From: Candidatus Kaelpia imicola | GTDB taxonomy: Bacteria > Omnitrophota > Gorgyraeia > Kaelpiales > Kaelpiaceae | Length of the DNA stretch: 64,000 nucleotides | Reading direction: 5' to 3' | Assembly: GCA_030765505.1 (NCBI GenBank) | Contig: JAVCCL010000043.1 | Span: 5,686-69,685, forward strand | Part shown: positions 55,167 through 64,000 of the stretch, piece after piece | Layout of the letters: each line of letters opens with the position of its first letter | Position numbering within the stretch: the stretch's first letter is position 1 | Notes under the pieces: model-generated | Database searches by the model: none | Told to the model about the DNA's origin: nothing | Seen by the model: the letters and a program-made list of their open reading frames with translations, nothing else | Program-made: the position numbers and the translations under genes

Positions 55167-56819
55167 ATGTTAAATATAGAGGATAGACTAAAAGGATATC
55201 TAGTTGAGATTGCAGCTGGCTGGGGTATTGGCGATTTGAGTATTGAGGTGGGTACTCCTCGCTCTAGGGAGTATGGAGATCTCTCAACCAATATAGCCTT
55301 AAAACTATCTAAATCTTTAAAAAAGAAGCCTAAAGATATAGCAGCCAGTATCCTATTAAAGCTTAAAGAAGATTTTAAGGATGTTTTTGATAATATCGAG
55401 ATTGCGGAGCCGGGATTTATAAACTTCTATTTCTCGGTAGAGTATCTCTATGAATTTTTGGGGGATATATTAAAAGATGAGGGAGTCTTTTTAAATAATA
55501 TAGGGAAAGAGAAGAAGGTTCTTATTGAGTTTGTATCTGCGAACCCAACAGGCCCGCTCTCTATTGCTCACGGGAGGCAGGCTGCTGTAGGTGCTTCATT
55601 AGCCAGGATACTTGACTCTTCGGGGTATAAAGTGGATAAAGAGTATTATGTCAACGATGAGGGCAATCAGATAAATCTGCTGGGTGAATCTTTGCGGGTG
55701 AGGTGTTTAGAGCTTCTTGGAAAAGAATCCGAGCTGCCTGACGAAGGTTATCAGGGTGAATATTTAATTGATATGGCGAAAAAGATAGTGAAGGATGAGG
55801 AGATAAGCATAGAAGATATAGAGAGCAGAGAGCTTAATTATTTCTCTGAGTATGCATTGAAGTGGATTCTTTCCGGGATTAAAAGTTCTCTTTCTGATTT
55901 TGGAGTCGATTTTGAGAACTGGGTTTCCCAGAGAGATGCTGCTTCTAAAAATTCCGTGGAGGATGTTATAGCCAGGCTAAAGTCTAAAAACTGTACTTAT
56001 GAGCAGGATGATGCATTATGGTTTAAATCCAGTGATTTTGGCGATAGTCAGGACAGGGTTGTTGTTAAAAATGATGGAGATTATACTTATTTTATTGCTG
56101 ATATTGCCTACCATCTGGATAAATATAAGAGAGAGTACGATCTTGTAATAGATATCTGGGGTCCTGATCATCATGGTTATATCAAAAGAGTCGAAGCTGC
56201 CTTGAATGCTTTAGGGTATGAGGCAAAGAAACTGAAAGTTTTAATTGTTCAGCTGGCTACACTATATAGAGACGGTAAGCCTATTAAGCTCTCGACAAGA
56301 CGCAATGAGACTATAACCTTGGATGAGGTTATATCTGAGATTGGCTCCGATGCAACTCTCTTTTTTCTCTTGAACAGAAAGCTGGATAGTCATCTTGATT
56401 TTGACCTAGAGTTTGCTAAGAAGAAGAGCATGGATAACCCTGTATACTATATCCAGTATGCACATGCTAGGATCTCAAACATCATAAGTTTTGCAGAGCA
56501 GAACAGCATAGATTTAAGAGAGTCTCTCACCTCTGATTTAGCAGCTAATTTAAGAGAGCCGGAGGAAAAAGATATCCTGCGCAGCTTGGTGCAATTTTCT
56601 AGAATAATAAAGATATCTGCTCTTACAATGGAGCCCTCTCTTATTGCGGCATATCTACACGAGCTTGCTCAGCAGTTCCACAGTTTTTATAATAAGTATA
56701 GGGTTGTTACAGATTCTGCTGCATTGACAAAAGCACGGCTCTATCTCTGTTCTGCAATCCAGATTGTGCTGAAGAGAGGTTTGGGATTACTCGGGATATC
56801 TGCTCCCGATAGCATGTAG
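55167..56819 (+). CDS. argS: arginine--tRNA ligase
   Basis: SANPTGPLSIAHGRQAAVG (the HIGH-region equivalent of ArgRS) is present, with the Arg-binding N-domain and the C-terminal DALR anticodon-binding domain (DSAALTKARLYLCSA). Confidence 0.9.
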   Translation: MLNIEDRLKGYLVEIAAGWGIGDLSIEVGTPRSREYGDLSTNIALKLSKSLKKKPKDIAASILLKLKEDFKDVFDNIEIAEPGFINFYFSVEYLYEFLGDILKDEGVFLNNIGKEKKVLIEFVSANPTGPLSIAHGRQAAVGASLARILDSSGYKVDKEYYVNDEGNQINLLGESLRVRCLELLGKESELPDEGYQGEYLIDMAKKIVKDEEISIEDIESRELNYFSEYALKWILSGIKSSLSDFGVDFENWVSQRDAASKNSVEDVIARLKSKNCTYEQDDALWFKSSDFGDSQDRVVVKNDGDYTYFIADIAYHLDKYKREYDLVIDIWGPDHHGYIKRVEAALNALGYEAKKLKVLIVQLATLYRDGKPIKLSTRRNETITLDEVISEIGSDATLFFLLNRKLDSHLDFDLEFAKKKSMDNPVYYIQYAHARISNIISFAEQNSIDLRESLTSDLAANLREPEEKDILRSLVQFSRIIKISALTMEPSLIAAYLHELAQQFHSFYNKYRVVTDSAALTKARLYLCSAIQIVLKRGLGLLGISAPDSM

Positions 56820-56820
56820 C

Positions 56821-58728
56821 ATGTTTAAAACTCTTAAAATATATCTTGGCGAAAGAGTAGATTATAGGAGTTTAATCAAAAGTTTCAGCGAATTAGGTTA
56901 CAAGAGAGTGAGTAGTTTAGGTGCCAGAGATGAGTTCTCTTTTAAGGGAGCCGGCATAAGTATATACCCTTCCAGTTATGAATTACCATTGCGAATCGAG
57001 ATAGATGACGATGTTGTATCTTCAATAAGAGTATTTAATCCCCATAGCGGCGATATTTTGGAAGAGCATGGGATGCTGATACTTTTACCTGTAAGACTCT
57101 CTAAGTTAAAAGATAGAGAGAGTCTCTATCTTGAAAGTATACCAATCGAGAATTTTCTCGATATTAAAAGAGGAGACTATGTCGTCCATATTACTCATGG
57201 TCTAGGCAGGTTTCTCGGTATTAAGACCTTAAAAGGAGAAGATTTCTTTTTAATCAAGTATTTCAGAGAAGATAGACTCTATATTCCCGTAAAAGATGCA
57301 GATCTCATTCAGAAGTATCTGGGGTTTGGAGGTAGAGCTCCTAAGTTAAGTAAGCTGGGAAGTAAAGATTGGCAGAGTCTGAAGAGTAAGGCTAAGCGCG
57401 GCATAGAGAGTTTTGCAAAGGATCTGCTCAAAATTCAAGCAGAGAGAGTAACTTTAAAAGGATACTCTTTTTCCAGAGATACAGATTGGCAGAATGATTT
57501 AAAGAACAGTTTTCCCTACAGAGAGACTCTCGGCCAGCTGAAAGCTATAGAAGAAATGAAGAGAGATATGGAATCTATCTCTGCGATGGATAGGTTGATA
57601 TGCGGCGATGTTGGTTATGGTAAGACCGAAGTTGCTTTACGTGCGGCATTTAAAGCTGTCATGGATAATAAACAGGTCTCAATGCTCGTACCTACGACAA
57701 TACTTGCTCAGCAGCATTACCAAAGGTTTACGGAGAGGCTCACGCAGTTTCCGGTTAGGGTTGATATGTTATCAAGATTTAGAACTGAGAAAGAACAAAA
57801 AGAGATTTTGGCTGACTTAAAAGAAGGCAAAATAGATATAATTATCGGGACTCATGGGTTAATATCATCCAATATTGAGTTTAAGGACCTGGGTTTACTT
57901 ATAATAGATGAGGAGCAGAGGTTTGGTGTGATTCAGAAAGAGAAATTTAAACAGTATCGTCAGGTGGTAGACGTTCTGACTCTGACTGCAACGCCGATTC
58001 CGCGTACATTATATCTCTCTCTTGTTGGTATTAAAGATATGTCGGTTATAAATACTCCTCCGGAGGAGAGGTTGCCGGTCAAGGCGTATATCTCTGAATA
58101 TGATGACAATCTAATTAAGCATGTTATCAGAAGAGAGCTTAAAAGAGGAGGCCAGGTATTCTTTGTAAATAATAGGATAAGAGGTATAGAGAGAACGGCG
58201 GCAAAACTAAAAAAATTATTACCTAAGGTAGAGATTGCTGCTGCACATGGAAGGATGGGGAAGAGAGAGCTTGCTGATATTATGGTGAGATTTTTGAATT
58301 CTGAAATAGATGTTTTAGTCTCTACGACCATAATCCAATCCGGAATCGATATCCCTAACGTTAACACTCTGATTGTAAATAGAGCGGATATGTTCGGTTT
58401 AGCAGGACTCTATCAGCTTAAAGGAAGAGTGGGGAGATATAATAGGGCTGCCTATGCATATTTTTTAATACCTAAAGATAAGCCTGTTTCAGGAGATGCT
58501 TCAAGAAGGCTTAAGACTATAATAGAAGAGGCGGATTTAGGTGCAGGGTTTAAAATTGCTATTCGGGATTTAGAGATAAGAGGGGCGGGTAACATATTAG
58601 GGCGAGAACAGCATGGATTCATACAGTCTGTGGGTTTTGATCTTTATTGCAGGCTTCTTAAGCAGGCAATATATAAATTGACAGGAGATGAAATAAAAGA
58701 GAGAATGTTTAGCAAAATCAACAATTGA
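56821..58728 (+). CDS. mfd: compact transcription-repair coupling factor (Mfd) lacking the D1a, D3 and D7 regions
   Basis: Aa 25-95 align to the Mfd D2 block (GEFSFKGAGISIYP...LRIEIDDDVVSSIRVF). The CarD-like RNAP-interacting domain follows (GDYVVHITHGLGRFLGI...RLYIPVKDADLIQKY). The helicase motifs are I (CGDVGYGKTEVALRAAF), II (DEEQRF) and the TRG motif. The protein ends right after the TRG region at 635 aa, against about 1150 aa for E. coli Mfd. Confidence 0.75.
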   Translation: MFKTLKIYLGERVDYRSLIKSFSELGYKRVSSLGARDEFSFKGAGISIYPSSYELPLRIEIDDDVVSSIRVFNPHSGDILEEHGMLILLPVRLSKLKDRESLYLESIPIENFLDIKRGDYVVHITHGLGRFLGIKTLKGEDFFLIKYFREDRLYIPVKDADLIQKYLGFGGRAPKLSKLGSKDWQSLKSKAKRGIESFAKDLLKIQAERVTLKGYSFSRDTDWQNDLKNSFPYRETLGQLKAIEEMKRDMESISAMDRLICGDVGYGKTEVALRAAFKAVMDNKQVSMLVPTTILAQQHYQRFTERLTQFPVRVDMLSRFRTEKEQKEILADLKEGKIDIIIGTHGLISSNIEFKDLGLLIIDEEQRFGVIQKEKFKQYRQVVDVLTLTATPIPRTLYLSLVGIKDMSVINTPPEERLPVKAYISEYDDNLIKHVIRRELKRGGQVFFVNNRIRGIERTAAKLKKLLPKVEIAAAHGRMGKRELADIMVRFLNSEIDVLVSTTIIQSGIDIPNVNTLIVNRADMFGLAGLYQLKGRVGRYNRAAYAYFLIPKDKPVSGDASRRLKTIIEEADLGAGFKIAIRDLEIRGAGNILGREQHGFIQSVGFDLYCRLLKQAIYKLTGDEIKERMFSKINN

Positions 58729-58742
58729 ATACGGGGGTCTTT

Positions 58743-59669
58743 ATGAGAAAGTTTTTAACGGTATCAGCGCTGCTCTTGTTGATAGCTAATATCTCCGGGG
58801 CTGTTTTAGTAAATAGAGTAGTAGCCGTAGTTAATGGAGAGGTTATAACCGAGGCTGACCTGGTTCGTTTTGCCAAAAAGATGGCCATAGCTCGGAATAT
58901 AGATTTAGCCCAGATGGATAGAGCTACAGAGGATAAGGTTATCAGGGAGTCGCTCAATGAGTTGATAGAGGATATGCTGGTTCTCTCTTATGCTAAGAGA
59001 TTGGGCTTAGGAATAGATGAAAAGGCGGTTGAGAAAAGAATTGCCGTAATCAAGGATAGTTTTAATACTGAGATGGAATTTTTGAGCAGGCTGGAGAGAG
59101 ATGGTTTAAGCTATGAAAGTCTTTGGCAGAGAATACATAACGATATTCTAAAAACCAAGACTGTTGATTATTTTGTCAAAAGAAAGATAGAGGTTCATCC
59201 TCAAGAGATAGAAAAATACTATCTTGCTAATAAGGATGAATTTATAGCACCTGAGGCATTTAAAGTTGAGAAGATATATGTTAAGAAGGGCGAAAGTAGC
59301 AGGGATAGGATAGACCAGATAAAATTGTTAATCGAAAAAAAAGTGCCATTTAAAGACTTGGCTCAGAATCATAGTGATTCCTTAGCTGATAATGTAAGAG
59401 AAGGGGAGTGGATTCAGAAGGGCAGGATTGGCGAGGAGATAGCCAATGCTATCTTTGGTCTTAATGTTGGAGAGGTAAGTGATATTATAGAGACTGAAGG
59501 TGCTTATTACATATTTAAAGTCGTTGCTAAGTCTGAATCTCACCTGGAAGAGTTAGATAAGGTTAAGGACAAGGTCTATAATCGTCTATATCAGAGAAAA
59601 TTTTCTGAGAAATTTAATAAATTTATCACAGAGCTTAAAGAGGATGCCCAAGTCGATATTAAAATATAA
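58743..59669 (+). CDS. periplasmic peptidyl-prolyl isomerase (SurA/PrsA-like, parvulin domain)
   Basis: The signal peptide is MRKFLTVSALLLLIANISGA. A SurA_N-like chaperone region and a parvulin block (FKDLAQNHSDS...GEWIQKGRIGEEIANAIFGLNVGEVSDIIETEGAYYIFKV) follow. The start was moved to the ATG at 58743. Confidence 0.7.
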   Translation: MRKFLTVSALLLLIANISGAVLVNRVVAVVNGEVITEADLVRFAKKMAIARNIDLAQMDRATEDKVIRESLNELIEDMLVLSYAKRLGLGIDEKAVEKRIAVIKDSFNTEMEFLSRLERDGLSYESLWQRIHNDILKTKTVDYFVKRKIEVHPQEIEKYYLANKDEFIAPEAFKVEKIYVKKGESSRDRIDQIKLLIEKKVPFKDLAQNHSDSLADNVREGEWIQKGRIGEEIANAIFGLNVGEVSDIIETEGAYYIFKVVAKSESHLEELDKVKDKVYNRLYQRKFSEKFNKFITELKEDAQVDIKI

Positions 59670-60648
59670 GAAGCTCTTGCTCTATACTCTGGGAGATCCG
59701 GCTGGAATAGGTTCTGAGATAATCATTAAATCTTTAAGCCAAAGAGAGGTTCTTAACTCTGCCATACATCTTATAATTGCAGACCATAAATCTATTCTTA
59801 AGGTTACTTCAATCTTAAAATCGAAAGTCAGCTTAAACATAATGACTGGTTTTGATAGTGTTCTCTTAGAAGCCGGTGCTTTGAATATTCTGAACCTCTC
59901 TAATGCGCCGGATGTAGAACTATCTCAGCCTGATGCAGCCTCTGCTAGGGCAAGCCTGGAATACCTTGATAGAGCTGTAGATATAATTAAAGAGCATGGA
60001 TCAGAGATAGCTTCCTTAATAACCCTTCCGGTCTCCAAGGAGGCGATATCTTCATTGGGAGTAGGTTTTAAAGGGCATACAGAATATTTAAAGGAGAGGT
60101 TTAACGTAGATTCTGTATTGATGATATTTTTGACTCCTGTTTTCTATCTCTATCTGGCTACTCGCCATATTCCCCTAAGAGATGTTTCGGCCCATATTGA
60201 TTATCTTGAGCTAAAAGATGCTATTAAAAAGATGGATAGTCTCTTTTCGAAAGTGGATAAGCATAAACCTCGGATAGCTGTTTTAGGTCTCAATCCTCAT
60301 GGAGGCGAGAACGGTATGATAGGAGATGAAGAGGTATTAATTATTAAACCTCTGATAGAAGAGCTGAAGGCAGAGGGTCTAAATATCAATGGTCCTTACC
60401 CCGGAGACGGTTTTTTCAGAAATAGAGAGAGGTTTGACTATGATATTGTTGTCAGTCTTTATCATGATCAGGCGTTGCCTGTAATCAAAGCTCTCTTTGA
60501 CAATACGGTCAACTTTACTCTCGGCCTTCCTTTTTTAAGATTCTCCCCGGATCATGGCCCGGCCTATGACATTGCAGGAGAGGGAATTGCAAATCCGGCC
60601 TCGCTGCTTAAAGCTATTGAATACTCATTAACTCTTAATGTATCTTAA
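59644..60648 (+). CDS. pdxA: 4-hydroxythreonine-4-phosphate dehydrogenase
   Basis: LGDPAGIGSEII, HTEYL and GLNPHGGENG are the PdxA metal/NAD motifs. Confidence 0.85.
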   Translation: MPKSILKYKKLLLYTLGDPAGIGSEIIIKSLSQREVLNSAIHLIIADHKSILKVTSILKSKVSLNIMTGFDSVLLEAGALNILNLSNAPDVELSQPDAASARASLEYLDRAVDIIKEHGSEIASLITLPVSKEAISSLGVGFKGHTEYLKERFNVDSVLMIFLTPVFYLYLATRHIPLRDVSAHIDYLELKDAIKKMDSLFSKVDKHKPRIAVLGLNPHGGENGMIGDEEVLIIKPLIEELKAEGLNINGPYPGDGFFRNRERFDYDIVVSLYHDQALPVIKALFDNTVNFTLGLPFLRFSPDHGPAYDIAGEGIANPASLLKAIEYSLTLNVS

Positions 60649-61456
60649 AGATATTCTTAGACAATATAAGATTAGACCCAATAAGAGGTTGGGTCAGAAT
60701 TTTCTGATATCGGAATATTATTTAAATAAAATAATTGGTTCTATAGCTATTAAAAATGGAGGTTCGATTTTAGAGATCGGCTCTGGAGCTGGAAACCTTA
60801 CCCGGGCTTTAGCTAAAGATGCAGCTTCTATAATAGCGGTTGAGAAAGATGTCAGGCTTTTTGGTGTTTTAACCGATATCTTTAAAGAGAACCCTATTGT
60901 ATCTTTAATCAACGCTGATTTTCTGGCTGTAGATTTGAAGAGTTATTTTAAAAAATATGGCTTTCTGAGAATAGTCGGCAATCTTCCTTACTATATATCT
61001 ACCCAGATAATAGAGAAGATAATAGAGAATAGGAAGATTATTAAAGATGGATATCTTATGCTTCAAAGAGAGTATGTTGAAAGAGTCCTTGCAGTGCCCG
61101 GGAGCAAGAAGTACGGGCGTCTCTCTATATTTGCTCAGACATTTTTAAATCTTAAAAAGCTGTTTAAGGTGCCGAAGAGCTGCTTCTATCCCCAGCCTAA
61201 AGTCGATTCTTATTTTATCTCTTTTAATATTAAAGATAATTGTATTATAGAAGATACAACTGTTCTGTCATTAGTGACCTCTGAGTTTTTTCAAAAGAGA
61301 AGAAAGAAAATAGCGACTATAATTAAAAATTCTAAAATTCTTACTGGACTTAATACTGCTTCTATAATGTATAATTTAGGAATAGATTTAAACCGAAGGC
61401 CTGAACAGCTATTGGTCTGTGAGTATATAGATATTGTTAAGAATATGGAGAAATAA
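60638..61456 (+). CDS. rsmA: 16S rRNA (adenine1518/1519-N6)-dimethyltransferase
   Basis: LGQNFL, ILEIGSGAGNLT (SAM) and NLPYYIST are present. Confidence 0.9.
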   Translation: MYLKDILRQYKIRPNKRLGQNFLISEYYLNKIIGSIAIKNGGSILEIGSGAGNLTRALAKDAASIIAVEKDVRLFGVLTDIFKENPIVSLINADFLAVDLKSYFKKYGFLRIVGNLPYYISTQIIEKIIENRKIIKDGYLMLQREYVERVLAVPGSKKYGRLSIFAQTFLNLKKLFKVPKSCFYPQPKVDSYFISFNIKDNCIIEDTTVLSLVTSEFFQKRRKKIATIIKNSKILTGLNTASIMYNLGIDLNRRPEQLLVCEYIDIVKNMEK

Positions 61457-62229
61457 TGCATCCTATTATAATACAGTTTGGAAGTTTAGCAATTAGAAGT
61501 TATGGAGTTATGCTGGTTATAGCTTTTTTGACAGCGTTCTATTTAGCAAAGCATGATTCAAAAAGAATCAGCTTGAGCAAAAAGAGTATGGATTCAATTG
61601 CAAACTACCTGCTGCTTGGAGGCTTGCTCGGCGGGAGGGTCTATTACGGTCTCTTCTACGATCCCTACTATTATTTTATAAAGCCATGGGCTCTGCTCTT
61701 TATATGGCAGGGCGGCCTTGCTGTGCATGGTGCCATAATAGGCGGTATCTTATCGCTCTATATTTTTTCAAGGAGAAATAATATTGAGTTTTTAAAGTTA
61801 GCGGATTTTCTTGCACCTCTTCTGTTGCTTGGCCAAGCTATCGGCAGGATAGGCTGTTTTTTAAACGGTTGTTGCTACGGCATACCTACAGAAAAACCAT
61901 GGGGCGTAATCTTTGCCAAGGATAGTATTGCCTATTATCAGTATGGTTTTCAGGCTCTCCATCCGACCCAAATTTACGAATGTATATTATCTCTCATAGG
62001 TTTTGTTTTTCTGTGGGTTATAAGAAGAGATTCGCCTTTTCGTGGTTTTATCTTCTCGCTATACCTTGTATATTACGGTCTGATAAGGTTCTATATATCT
62101 CTATTTAGAGCTGACTCGCTCTATCTCTGGGGCAGCAGTATAAAGGTTGCCTATATCCTAAGTCTGGGTTTGATATTATCCGGGGCAGCAGTATTAACCA
62201 GAGGTGTTTTAAAAGCTAAGAAAAATTAG
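61456..62229 (+). CDS. lgt: prolipoprotein diacylglyceryl transferase
   Basis: The Lgt signature HPTQIYE is present, along with several TM helices and a G-rich loop (GRIGCFLNGCCYG). Confidence 0.85.
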   Translation: MHPIIIQFGSLAIRSYGVMLVIAFLTAFYLAKHDSKRISLSKKSMDSIANYLLLGGLLGGRVYYGLFYDPYYYFIKPWALLFIWQGGLAVHGAIIGGILSLYIFSRRNNIEFLKLADFLAPLLLLGQAIGRIGCFLNGCCYGIPTEKPWGVIFAKDSIAYYQYGFQALHPTQIYECILSLIGFVFLWVIRRDSPFRGFIFSLYLVYYGLIRFYISLFRADSLYLWGSSIKVAYILSLGLILSGAAVLTRGVLKAKKN

Positions 62230-62317
62230 CAGCTCTGTATTCTCTGCTTTTTTAAAATAGTTTTTTAGGTTATAATTTAGCCGAAAATATTTAAGAAGTA
62301 TGGAGTTGATTTAAATT

Positions 62318-62770
62318 ATGGAGATAGAGAAAGCAAGGGTAGAAAACGGAGTTGATATATATAACCTCATCAATGAAGCGGCCAAAGAGTATGATGTTCT
62401 GCCGCGTGCCCTGGGTTATATATATGAAAATATACGGGATTTTTGGGTCATCAGCGGTAAGAATGAAATTATAGGTTGTATAGCCTTACACTTTACCTGG
62501 GAGGATTTGGCTGAGATTAAGTCCTTGGTTTTAGACAGTAGCTTTAAAGGGGATAATATGGGTGCCTCTTTAATTGTAGAGGCTCTTAGAGAGGCTCAAA
62601 GATACAAAGTTAAAAAGGTATTTGTGCTTACTTTTATTCCTGAATATTTTAAAAAATTTGGATTTGAAAAGGTTGATAAATCAAAGTTACCTCATAAAAT
62701 TTGGGCTGAGTGTATCAACTGTCCTAAATTTCCGAACTGCAATGAAGAGGCAATGATAAAGGAGTTGTAA
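62318..62770 (+). CDS. GNAT-family N-acetyltransferase (ArgA-like short form)
   Basis: It has the acetyl-CoA-binding motif-A region (VLDSSFKGDNMGASLIVEAL) on a GNAT fold. Confidence 0.55.
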   Translation: MEIEKARVENGVDIYNLINEAAKEYDVLPRALGYIYENIRDFWVISGKNEIIGCIALHFTWEDLAEIKSLVLDSSFKGDNMGASLIVEALREAQRYKVKKVFVLTFIPEYFKKFGFEKVDKSKLPHKIWAECINCPKFPNCNEEAMIKEL

Positions 62771-62772
62771 AG

Positions 62773-64000
62773 ATGGGTATGACTTTAGCAGAGAAGATAT
62801 TGGCCAAACATAGCGGTAAGAGAAAGGTTAATCCCGGTGAGTACATTCTTGCCGGAGTCGATCTCTCTTTTGCAAACGATATTACTGCCCCGCTTGCAAT
62901 AAAAGAGTTTAAAAAGACAAAAAAGAGATTATTCTCCAGGAAGAAAGTTGCCTTGATACCGGACCATTTTACTCCTAATAAGGATATTAGATCGGCTCAG
63001 CAGGCTAAGATTTTAAGAGATTTTGCCAGAGAAGAAAAAATAGAAAATTATTTTGAGATAGGAGATGTTGGTATTGAACATGCTTTACTTCCCGAACGTG
63101 GTTTTATAAAACCCGGAGATTTGGTAATAGGGGCTGATTCCCATACCTGTACTCATGGAGCTCTGGGTGCTTTTGCAACAGGAGTAGGGAGTACTGATAC
63201 AGCCTTCTCCTGGGTGAGTGGAAAATGCTGGTTAAAAGTACCTCAGACAATAAAATTTATCTATAAAGGAAGATTAAATAAATGGGTGACAGGTAAAGAT
63301 ATTATACTCTTTACAATAGGTGATATCGGAGTAGATGGAGCTTTATATAAGGCGATGGAATTTACAGGCCCTGCAATAAGAAGGTTGAGTATGGATGGAC
63401 GTTTTACAATGTCAAATATGGCAATTGAAGCAGGGGGTAAGGTTGGGATAATAGAGCCTGACGAGGTAACCCTGGAGTATTTAAAAGGCAGAATAGATAA
63501 TGCGGTATATAAGAGATTGAAAAATAATATAGATTATCTTAAGAGCGATAAAGATGCTCTTTACAGCGAAATAAGAGAGTATGATATCTGCAGCTTAGAG
63601 CCTGTTGTATCCTGCCCTCATCTGCCTAGCAACGTAAAGGAAGTCTCTGAGCTAAAAAATGTCAGAATAGACCAGGCTGTTATAGGTTCTTGCACCAATG
63701 GAAGGATGGAAGATTTAAGGTTGGCGGCTAAAGTTCTTAAAGGCAGAAAGGTTAATTCTAAAGTTAGGCTATTGATATTTCCTGCAACACAGAAAATATA
63801 TCTTGATGCTTTAGCCGAAGGTCTGTTGAATATATTTGTGAAATCTGGAGCTGTGATATCGCCTCCAACTTGCGGGCCTTGTCTTGGCGGGCATATGGGA
63901 GTCTTAGCAGAAGGTGAAGTTGCAATTGCAACAACAAACAGAAATTTTGTTGGTAGAATGGGACATATTAAGTCAAGTGTATATCTATCTAATCCTGCGG
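62773..64000 (+). CDS. leuC: aconitase-family dehydratase large subunit (3-isopropylmalate/homoaconitate dehydratase, LeuC/HacA type), 3' partial
   Basis: MGMTLAEKILAKHSGKRKVNPGEYILAGVDLSFANDITAP, the ADSHTCTHGALGAFATGVGSTD block and a Cys ligand block (IGSCTNGRMEDLR) are present. The reading frame is open to the end of the window. Confidence 0.75.
   Translation, partial: MGMTLAEKILAKHSGKRKVNPGEYILAGVDLSFANDITAPLAIKEFKKTKKRLFSRKKVALIPDHFTPNKDIRSAQQAKILRDFAREEKIENYFEIGDVGIEHALLPERGFIKPGDLVIGADSHTCTHGALGAFATGVGSTDTAFSWVSGKCWLKVPQTIKFIYKGRLNKWVTGKDIILFTIGDIGVDGALYKAMEFTGPAIRRLSMDGRFTMSNMAIEAGGKVGIIEPDEVTLEYLKGRIDNAVYKRLKNNIDYLKSDKDALYSEIREYDICSLEPVVSCPHLPSNVKEVSELKNVRIDQAVIGSCTNGRMEDLRLAAKVLKGRKVNSKVRLLIFPATQKIYLDALAEGLLNIFVKSGAVISPPTCGPCLGGHMGVLAEGEVAIATTNRNFVGRMGHIKSSVYLSNPA

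Noticed and set aside
62229-62253. A possible terminator after lgt (GCAG...CTGC followed by T6).
   Set aside because: The stem is only 4 bp, which is too weak to call with confidence.

Overview
This is a 64 kb, AT-rich (roughly 35-40% GC) chromosomal segment from a diderm bacterium; LptD, Lgt, SurA-like, HldD and an outer-membrane beta-barrel are all present. The coding style (AGA/AGG arginine codons, many paralogous pseudopilins, TPR-tailed membrane proteins) suggests an uncultivated lineage such as Omnitrophota, Elusimicrobiota or a PVC-like group, but I cannot assign it from sequence alone. About 80% of the window is housekeeping: glnS, the pta-ackA pair, the complete yceD-rpmF-plsX-fabH-fabD-fabG-acpP-fabF operon, thyX, hldD, gpsA, argS, a compact mfd, surA-like, pdxA, ksgA, lgt and a 3' partial leuC-like gene. 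There are three tRNA genes (Leu-AAG, Leu-CAG, Pro-GGG). Every gene from 11.8 kb to the end of the window lies on the + strand. The accessory content is a type II secretion / type IVa pilus-like pseudopilus system split over two loci. Locus A (11.8-24.7 kb) runs: a Wzy_C ligase-like TPR protein, the GspE/PilB ATPase, three GspG-like pseudopilins, the GspF/PilC platform protein, then four further pseudopilins (two of them large paralogues carrying a LamG/ConA-like lectin module), a fused PilM-PilN (GspL-like) protein and a PilO/GspM-like protein. Locus B (47.2-53.4 kb) runs: a small Xis/MerR-type HTH gene preceded by iterons, a PilP/GspC-HR-like gene, and a 1715-aa secretin whose C-terminal ~1240 aa form a long array of TPR-like repeats, followed by a translationally coupled 107-aa ORF. 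Other notable items are: a FIST / histidine kinase / REC-GGDDF signalling operon plus two tandem membrane GGDEF proteins; a hicB antitoxin followed by a hicA toxin inactivated by a single in-frame TAA, sitting beside a tRNA-Leu whose anticodon reads AAG; a truncated ISL3 transposase remnant beside an orphan secreted protein; and an Mfd lacking the D1a, D3 and D7 domains. No CRISPR array, rRNA or intact mobile element was seen.
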